From NCBI GenBank assembly GCA_904063045.1, contig CAJFCJ010000024.1:434001-498000 (forward strand): a stretch of 64,000 nt of DNA, read 5' to 3'. Positions within the stretch are counted from its first letter, which is position 1, and every line of letters starts with the position of its first letter. The notes beneath the pieces are model-generated. The model searched no databases and had not been told where the DNA came from. It was given only the letters and a program-made list of their open reading frames with translations. Both the position numbers and the translations under genes were made by a program. The stretch is from Dimorphilus gyrociliatus. Taxonomy: Eukaryota > Animalia > Annelida. Below are positions 54,897 to 64,000 of this stretch, one piece after another.

Positions 54897-57800
54897 GTAA
54901 TGTACTATCTTTTATAAAGCTATAAAAGAGACCTTTGAAATTAAATGGGATTGTATATTTCACTGGTATAATGATATTTGTTGTGTCAGAATCAAACAGA
55001 AAATTAGTGACAACATGCAATCATACTTATGTTTTCATACCCTTTGTTTCTATACAAAAAGTGTAAAGGCATTTCAATTTTAAATAAATCCTCAGCAATT
55101 GTATGTAAATATATTAGTGTTATACTGTATATACAGCATATATTTATATTGTAAAGAAAAACAGAAAAAAGGATCGGTGTATAGTAAATTTCAAAACGAA
55201 AAAAGAATAACATTTTTAGCATTCATAGGCTAAATATGATTTGTATTATTCGATTTGGCTGATTTGCTTGATTTATTTAGGAAAAAAGTGACACTTATAG
55301 ACGAGGTATTTACAATTCCTATCTTTAAGACAGCTGTATATATATATACTCTATATATATATCTTTATGATATCATTTGGTATATTTACTCCTTTTCACC
55401 ATGTATCAATCTGATGTTTGTATTTGTAAACAATCTCTTTTGGTATCACTTTCTTTTTAATATGTAAGATATTAAAAGCTGATGAATTACTTTCTGTCTG
55501 AAATTTATTCTTATTATATAATCTCCGTCCTATATTTACTGTTGAAATGATACAATATATTACCATTTGAAATGAATGATTTTCAATAACTTATAATTTA
55601 AATCACGTTCTCCTCCTCCTCTCAATATCTCTAAAAGGGCAATCGTTAAAGACTTGTATGCAATAATTTATTTATTGATATTACTTCCAAGCGAAATAGC
55701 AATGTTTACGCCTATATGTATATATCATTTTCTATCAAAAAGTTCCCTACCCCTTCAGTACTCTTTATTTTGGAGACGGAACAAGCTTTTTCGCTTTGTC
55801 ATATTTTATATTGCGAATTAAATGCCCTAATTTAAGACTGATGACTGGTTGAAGTCGCATAATACCATGACAAGGGGGAATACATACAATACCTACTTCC
55901 TTCGCTTTAGGCATTATTTCTATCTCTTTTTCCTATCTCTTTAAAATAGTGTCTTAATACTTCGTTTTTTTTTCAGAACTGTTTTAAACTCTGACAAGAG
56001 ATGTTTTAGAAATAGTTGTAGAATAAAAGTTTTATGTTAAAAGTGCTTTCTAATCATTTTTTTTCATAATTAATCCTGTCTCTCTTTTACCCCTTGTTCT
56101 CCATATTTATTATTAATAATTCATTAATTAACCTTTCATTTAACAGATTTAAAAATAGGGTCTTTTACATCATTCTTTTAAGAGGGAGAAAGAGAATGAG
56201 AAAGTGAGAGAGAGAAAGCTATAAAAAGAAGCCTACACATAGAGAGATAGGGAAATGGTGAGAAAAATGTCTGTAATAAATTATTAAACATTCGCAAAGA
56301 AACAGAAACGCCAAAAGTAAAACAAGACTACTGACCTAAAAGAAAAAGTATATCAAAAAGAATTATTATGTACACTGCTTCTCCCCTTTCACATCTTTAC
56401 TGAAGATAACAATAACTCGGTATTATTCATTTTGAAAATATTAAAAAGAGTAAATTAATTTCTTGATAAAGCCTTTTAACCTATTTATATTATTAAATAA
56501 TAGACAGATTATATTTTAAGATTGTATTTAAATAGACGTATTTGGCTTTGATTAAAGATCATTCTTTTAGCTTAATTAATATATATCTAAATCAAAGTTA
56601 CAAAATTGTGGATAAAGTGTAAGAGTATATATATATCAAAGAAGCTTAGTTACATTTATAGTGTAAATGAATGGCTAAAACATATAAATATTTATGTATT
56701 TAAAGTATTTTTAATGGCGGAAAAATGATGCAGATTCTAGAGAATCTATTAGAAATATGGTATACAATAACTTGTTTTTTTCTCTCAAAGGCAGTGGGTG
56801 TGTATGGCGGGGCGGAGGTGCTAGAGGAAGGCTGAACAAAGCATATATACTACACATTTCTTTTTGTTGTATAAATTTGATGACAATAGTAATGTAATGT
56901 TATTGTCTATTTACTGTTTTTCATGTTTGTCATGATATACTATAGATAAATATAGAAATATATATTGTTTTTTAATAATATGTTCTATAAAAAGGAAAAA
57001 TAAAACTGTAAAAAACTAATTAAAATGATATGAATGTTTCAGGAATATATATTGTATCGGAGGTGGAAATGTCACTATTTCTTATCATTTTTCTCATCAA
57101 ATGTTTTAGATGTGTTTGTTTGTTTGTTTGTTTGTTTTTTGTTCTATAAAAAAATAAAAATTAGTTTAAATTATATAAAAATAAATTAAATAAATATATA
57201 AAAATTGTTTGCTAGTTTATTCGATGCACAGAATAAATTGAAAGGTGTATTTCACTTTTCTAACTAATATAAAGTGATCTAAAACTATAAAATATTAGAT
57301 TAATGCTTCTTTTTTTTTTTAAAAAAAAAAGACATTATTCCTTTTATATTATTTATTTGACATATATATTACTTCGAATATCTTCTTTCCATATTGATAT
57401 CCATGCAGACTTTCTGAACGCCATGTATTCTGACGCACCAATGGGTTTCCCCGCAGCATTCAGAGTCCTCATTACAGTGGTAGGTGGCGCAAGCAGGCTT
57501 TCTGGAAGTTTAGAAAATTCGACATAGTGGATATGGATGAATGGTATTTTCATGGTTAGAAGCAAAAAGACATTGCAATATTTAGCTTAGGAGAAATAAT
57601 AGAAAAGAAGGGAGAGGGATGGGGATGGAGGGGGTGGGCTGGAAGTAGGAGTAGAATTGTAAATGAGATAAATATAATAATTATATTCCATATAACAGAA
57701 AAAAGATAGTTGATTGTTTCTTACCTCACTCTTTGACTATTTATTAACGTCAGAAGTTGGTATAATGCATATGACATTTGGGGTCTTTCACCCCGAGACG

Positions 57801-60800
57801 GCGACCGAACTTCTGCTAAAAATAAATAGAATTCCTCTTACTTCATTTTTCTTTTCGTTCCTATTTTACTCTCTAAGTACTTAGTAAAATATTCATATCA
57901 ATCAAAGCGCTTTAATTAATAGCTATAATGAAAAGTCAAAAGTCATGCATAATATGTTGTTGAATCTATTTAAAAAATAGCCAATAGATGGCGTAATCGG
58001 ACAAGAAGTTTTTTTCCAAAACTTGCAATAGATGTCGTTTAGATATCATTGAATACCATTTCTCATTTCTATTTCTTATCGTGGTCAAAAAATTTTACTT
58101 TTGGCATAGCACGACAATAGTCCAATTAGTTCTATAAAACTCTAATTAAATAGGAAGACTCACGCCGTGAAAGAATCCGAAAACATGCCGATGTTGTAAA
58201 AAGGGCGAAGAGTAGACATTGGAATGCAAACAAGTGACGCTTCTCCATTCATTCGCTTTTTTCGACGCAATGACGATTCAGCCTAAAAATAGATAGAGAA
58301 AGGGGCGTAAGTCAGGCGAGAACAAATTCAATTCGCTCCTAAACGCCCTGAATAACAGCGCCCATACCTATTTGCCTATTTAGCCTCTGGCATTTTTAAT
58401 TATGAGATGATTGCTGTTTTTTTTCACAAATTAGATTCTTTTATTCCAAGCTTTATATTAGTTAAATAACAAAAGATTGTCAACTTTTATAGCTCGATCC
58501 TCGTACCCTTTTGTATTAGAGAATAATACCCAATTCAGACTGAGAGCCTTATATAAACACGTATTGCTGTATTTAATTAAAGAAGTGATGGTAGGAGAGG
58601 TCGTCTTATATACACATATAAGAGAAGAAAAAGAAAGAGAAGAGCAGGAAAAGTGGAAAAGTCTGCCTAGTTGAATATTTGAAGAAAACGTGACATTTTC
58701 TACATATTTTCTATTAATTTACAAAGCTCTTAAAAGTATTTTCTAAGGATTGACTATTTGAATAGTAATAATCATAATTATTATTATATAAGTTATAAAT
58801 TATACACATCTCTTTTTCAACTTTTACTTAAAAAAATACTTACTTTTTTCTTTTAAAAGTAACTTTTTGTCTTTTTTTTTCTTTTTACTTTTTCAGATTT
58901 TCTCTTCAATACTTTGCATTGAGATAAACAGACTAAATACGAGATTTAAAGCCGGGATAACAGAGATAGATATTCTTCCAGTTAAGTCTATAAGAATAGG
59001 TGTTAAATATAATCTTTTTCAATCTCATCACTTAATATTTATATTTGTTTTATAAACATTATAAAAGGTTTAGCAACTGCTCAAATGTCAGTTTTTCCAT
59101 TTTTATAAATTGATTATGGCATGGTAAAATATACTACTAGTCAGTTTAATTTCATACAATCGCTTCCCCTTTTTCTCTTAATGCTTTTTATTTCTCCTAA
59201 TTATAATCTATTTTCTTCAAAAGTGTCAAATGAGTACTTTCTATACTTTCCACTCGATACGATCACACAAGCTTTATATATATATATAAAGTATATGAAA
59301 TTCTCTTTGTTTAAAATGAGACTATTTAATTCAAAGCCACAACTAGTTGTTTACAGTTAAAAAAAGATACAAAATCATCAATATATCAGAAGATAGGGTT
59401 GATAATTAATGGAAAGAAAGAGAGGAAGAGAGAGAGATTATTTCATAATAATAGTAATTAAAACAATGTTTCATTTTATCGCGTAGAAAGTTATGGATTA
59501 GTATAAAAAAATAACAAACGTGAAACATATCACTATTTCGTCTACGTACAGGGAATTTGAAAGATAGAGAGACGGATAGAGAGAGCAGAGGGAGAAGGCT
59601 GAAAGAGAGTGGAAAAGAGAGAGAGAGAGAGAGTAAAAAAAGTTTCCATTTTAGCATCAATGATGCTCAATCTCCATAAATTGACTATTTAAATGTAAAA
59701 ATTTGCAATTTTATAGTAAATCTCTTCAAAAGTATTTAAACTAATTGAATATTCTCTTTTTTACTTTTAAGAAGGTATAAATAAATAGGTTTTGCTTTAT
59801 AAATAAAGATTTATTAACTGCTTATACTTTGATTGGAACGACATGGGTAAAATTTTTAATTTAGCAACTACAGAGTTTTAATTAATTACATAACTATATA
59901 TATATATATAATCTGTATATATATAAAGACAGCTTTTGCGAAAATACTCATTAGATAATATAGCAAAATGTATAAAATCAAGATCGTTACTTTATATAAA
60001 TCTATTAATGGATATTTTTAGCAACTTGTTGGCCTCTTTTTATAACTTTTATAATAGAAATGGGGGAAAAAAACATTTAAGTTATAAAGTAGAATAATTG
60101 AGGTGGAAAACTTACATTCAAAGAATTAAAAGCTACTTCTGTTGATAAAAATCCATAAAAGTCTCTAAAAGATTACCATACATCTATCAATTTCTACTTT
60201 ATATATACTTTGTTTGAGTTTACTTGACAAAGTTTTAAAAATATAGAAATATATGTAGTTATCGTTATAAATATACATAAATAAGGGTGAATAGATTATA
60301 AATGAGAGAGTAAAGACTTATTGACATACACAATTACGTAAATAGTCACTATATCCGCTGCTTACTGAAATTGCGGGTTTCTTTTTTGCTGGTGCAGCAA
60401 TACTACAGTGATATAATCTATTTAAATTGGAAAGGAAAATGATACGGTTCAGCCTCTAATGACGTACCCATCATCATATATAAAAACAAACTTCTATGAA
60501 ATAGAAGGAATGTGGTATTTGGATAATTTATTCTCTTTTCAACGTCTTACTCTCTCCGTCCCTTTTCTATTTGAAAGACATACTACCCCACGGGTCTAAT
60601 ACGTTAATCGACCAATCCAAACCTTCTCTATAACATGCCTAAAACCTCTAATTTTTTTTCTCTCTCTCTTTCTATCCTCCCATTTCCTCTTTTCTCCCCA
60701 TCTCTCTTTCCCTTTACCCGTCACTCTCTCTCTCTCTCTCTAACTTTGTCTGTGTTGTCTTCCTGTTTTCTCTCTTTCTCTCTCTCTAATTTACTTATTG

Positions 60801-62066
60801 TCCTTTATTTCACTGTCTCCTCCACTCGTTTATCAATCGTCTATCTTATTTTATATGTCTGCTTTGTGTCCAAATATATTAACTATTTCCTTCTTATCAT
60901 GTATACTACAGAAATTAAAGTTCCTAATCTTGTGTTTTTCAGTTCCTTCCTTATAGTGAAGGAGATAGTAAAGATAGGAATAAAAGGAAGAATATGACAG
61001 AAATTAACTAGCAAGTTTAATTATTCCATAGTTATTTACATGTAATGAAATTGTAAATGTAAGCTAGAATGTTCATCGTGAAATGTTACAATTGCTCCAA
61101 TATTTTTTTTCAGTTTTTTAATGAGATATGACTTTTCCTCGCTTTCGCTCTTTATTTTCCCTCCCTCTCCCTCTCCGTCTCCATCTCCGTCTGCATCTCC
61201 GTCGTCTTCTCTCTCTCTCTCTTTCTCTCAATCTATCTGTCTGTATATTTATCTTCCAATCTACCCACCTCTCGTATTCCCCTTTCTTCTCTCATCTGCT
61301 TGCACTATATTTAGTTAACTCTTTTGTAATCTTTTAACAATATTTTAATTATTTAATTACAAGTAAAAGATATATTGGCATTTCTAATTATCTCTTTCTA
61401 TCTTTTATGTATGCAAAAAAAAAAACAGGAAAAAAGGAAAGTAAGAGAAAATATAGAAAAAAAGGAGGGTAATTAATTGTATGAGACTTGAAAGATCTTG
61501 TCTTGAATAATACTTTGACTTTAATTTTTCATTAGCTAAGTAATACTTTATTATAATTATTATAATTTTATTCTTTTATATCGTTACAAGCCGAAAAGTA
61601 AATATATATATTTTACGACTGGTATTTTATTGCAGATTTTCGACTTTATGATGAAGCTTTAATTACGTATCTGATTATGAAAAGTAGGAAACTGTAATGG
61701 AGAAGAGATTTAAAAAGTAAAATAGAAAAGAGACTTAAACGATTCTCTTCGCTATCTTTCTGATCCTCTTTCTTTTTTTAACTGAATATGAACATGAATT
61801 GATATCATCAAGTACTTACAATGTTAAGCTTCCTGTTATATTTTCTTTCTATTCTGTGTACTTGGATTACTAACCCTTATTAATTAGACGTAACAGTATG
61901 GAAATATATGGTAAGCTTACAACCATACAAAAGCTGGTACTTTGTCAGATTACTGTTTGTATATTGCAGTTGGATGCACCCGACAATAGAATTGAGCAAT
62001 AGTATAACTTATTACAGAATGTTTCTAGTTTTTGGAGGATTAAAAATCCTAATCTATAAAGCAGTT

Positions 62067-62170
62067 ATGTCTGGTGATAGTGATAGTGAAGTATTCAATA
62101 CTAAACAAAGACATTATTTCAAAGGTTTATCTGATAATTTTTTTCCACAAAATTCCCAAGTTAATATCCG
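62067..62170 (+). CDS. Possible first coding exon of a gene continuing past the window
   Basis: ATG followed by MSGDSDSEVFNTKQRHYFKGLSDNFFPQNSQVNIR ending at CG|GTAAGG. No family recognised. Confidence 0.3.
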
Positions 62171-64000
62171 GTAAGGAACAAATACAATAGATATTTGATT
62201 TTTTTTAACAAACGTTCAATGATTATCATGATAAAGGAACCTTTCAAAAAGGCAGAGATATAAACTTTTTTTAACCGTATCCTAAGAATACTTAATTGTT
62301 AATTGTTTATTTTTCATGAATTTATAGCTATTTTACTTGTATTAGGAATACTTTTATTACGCTATGGAAGTTATATCAGACAGATACTATATACATATTC
62401 AAGCTAAATTTGAAAATGGCTAATATATCACTTAAATTTTTATCTTATTAAGCAGTAATTATAAGTAAAATAACTATGTGGGCGTTATTTTTAGATTCCA
62501 TAGAGCTTTATGTTTTGTAAGAATACAATAAAAACAGGTATATTTCTAATTTAAAGTCTTAAAATAAAATGATAAATTCCATATTATATTAAAAATATAT
62601 GTAATTGATTAATTTTCTTTAATTTTCCTATATAGAATAATATTATTTGGGGTTAAAACAAGTAAAATAAAACTCACCAAAGTTCTCAGTCCTTTATATC
62701 ATCACGTACGTTAAGAATATACGCTAAACTCTACCAAAGGGTGGCGCTTTCTGTAAAATTTTCAGCGGAACATTAGTTAATATCAATCGTGTGGAACAAA
62801 TTTTTTCCTGTTTTTTTTTTTTAGACAGTGTAAAACAATAACGGAACAAGGGGAAGAGATGCATATAATATATCAATAAATAATATACATCCTGTATATA
62901 GAATATATTATATTTTTCTTTTTCGTTCCTGCCTTTTCTGTTATATCTATGGATATGTATTTATAGTCATAGAATAAACTGCATATGTAATATAAGCCGA
63001 TTTTCAAATAAAGATCATATTCATAGAAATAGAATTACAAAAATATGCAGTTTATATAAAGTTTATTTTTATATATAAATATGTATTTATTACATTCACA
63101 GTAAAGAGAGAAAGAATAAATGGACAAGATAATTCATTATCCTCCTTCTATTTCCTTCCCTCTCTTTTCTACTTAAAGCAATGTTTCGTCCTTGAAACTA
63201 CCTTTTTTTTTCTTTTCACCAAGATAATTGACTTCTTTTAGTCAAATAATGAAAATGAATGATTCTGAAATTTTCTTTTTTCTCTTTTTCATTCTATTCA
63301 ATAGATGGCGCATTTTTTGCCGTTTTTTAAAAGTGACTGTAATTGATTCGTAATCCTTCCTATTTGACTCATTTTTTTATTGTTAATTCTACTCCGCTTA
63401 CACTTAATTATTACATCTATTTATAATATTGCATCACTAATCAATTAAATCTTTTATTCGCTTTTTTAAAAGCCTATTTTTAACATATGACGTCTAAGCG
63501 TTACTAACTAAATGAGTGCTCGGTTTTGCGCACTAAGAAAGCAAGTACGTCAGACACTAAATGTGTCATCTTTATCTCTACCCTTGAAATATGAAAAATA
63601 ATCTTGTCAGCTACTAAAGTTAATTAAAGATCTTCAATTTGTGAAATACGAAACAGGTAGATCGAGACTCGTATTGTTTATATTGCTTATATACTCAAAT
63701 TTATTTAATGCATCCTATACACGAAATAAACAATGACAGAGAGAATTATTTCTTAAAAAGAAAAAATGAAAAAAAGCTTCATTTTCTGTTTTTTTTTTCT
63801 ATGTGAATAACATTAATTTTTAAGACGAGGAAATAGGAAAGAAGATCTAAGATTTGAGAAAAAAAAACTTATTAAAGATCTACTTAGTGTTATATATTTA
63901 ATAATGATAGATATTTAAAAATACTTATAATTTTATCCTTGTTCCCATTTTACGCGTAGACTTTAGAAAATATAAATAAAAAATAAATTTGTCCGATCTG

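Overview
AT-rich eukaryotic (animal) DNA with many short introns. Dishevelled, IL-17, chordin-like, an FMRFamide-type GPCR and CTCF-like motifs point to a bilaterian, probably a spiralian with a compact genome (a guess). It is not prokaryotic; I found no CRISPR array, intact transposase or tRNA. I assembled spliced gene models by hand from splice sites and frame continuity: dishevelled (3' part), an Ariadne-like RBR protein lacking RING2, a stand-alone CS-domain protein, a CUB-LDLa receptor, NAD kinase, SDHC, a chordin-like protein, a heparan sulfate 3-O-sulfotransferase, a phospholipid phosphatase, a meteorin-like exon, IL-17, a GT7 glycosyltransferase with PAN exons, an MS4A-like protein and a peptide GPCR. 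Five observations stand out. (1) A complete RNase P RNA gene, with its own Pol III-type signals, sits in the sense strand of SDHC intron 2. (2) An in-frame splice appears to fuse a beta-1,4-GalNAc-transferase to three PAN/apple modules. (3) The phosphatase model needs a GA-AG intron. (4) Twelve perfect TATA-CAG/CTG-TATA motifs look like Tc1/mariner excision footprints. (5) Dishevelled has non-canonical alternative C-termini. All models and counts were made by eye and are not validated by RNA data or database searches.
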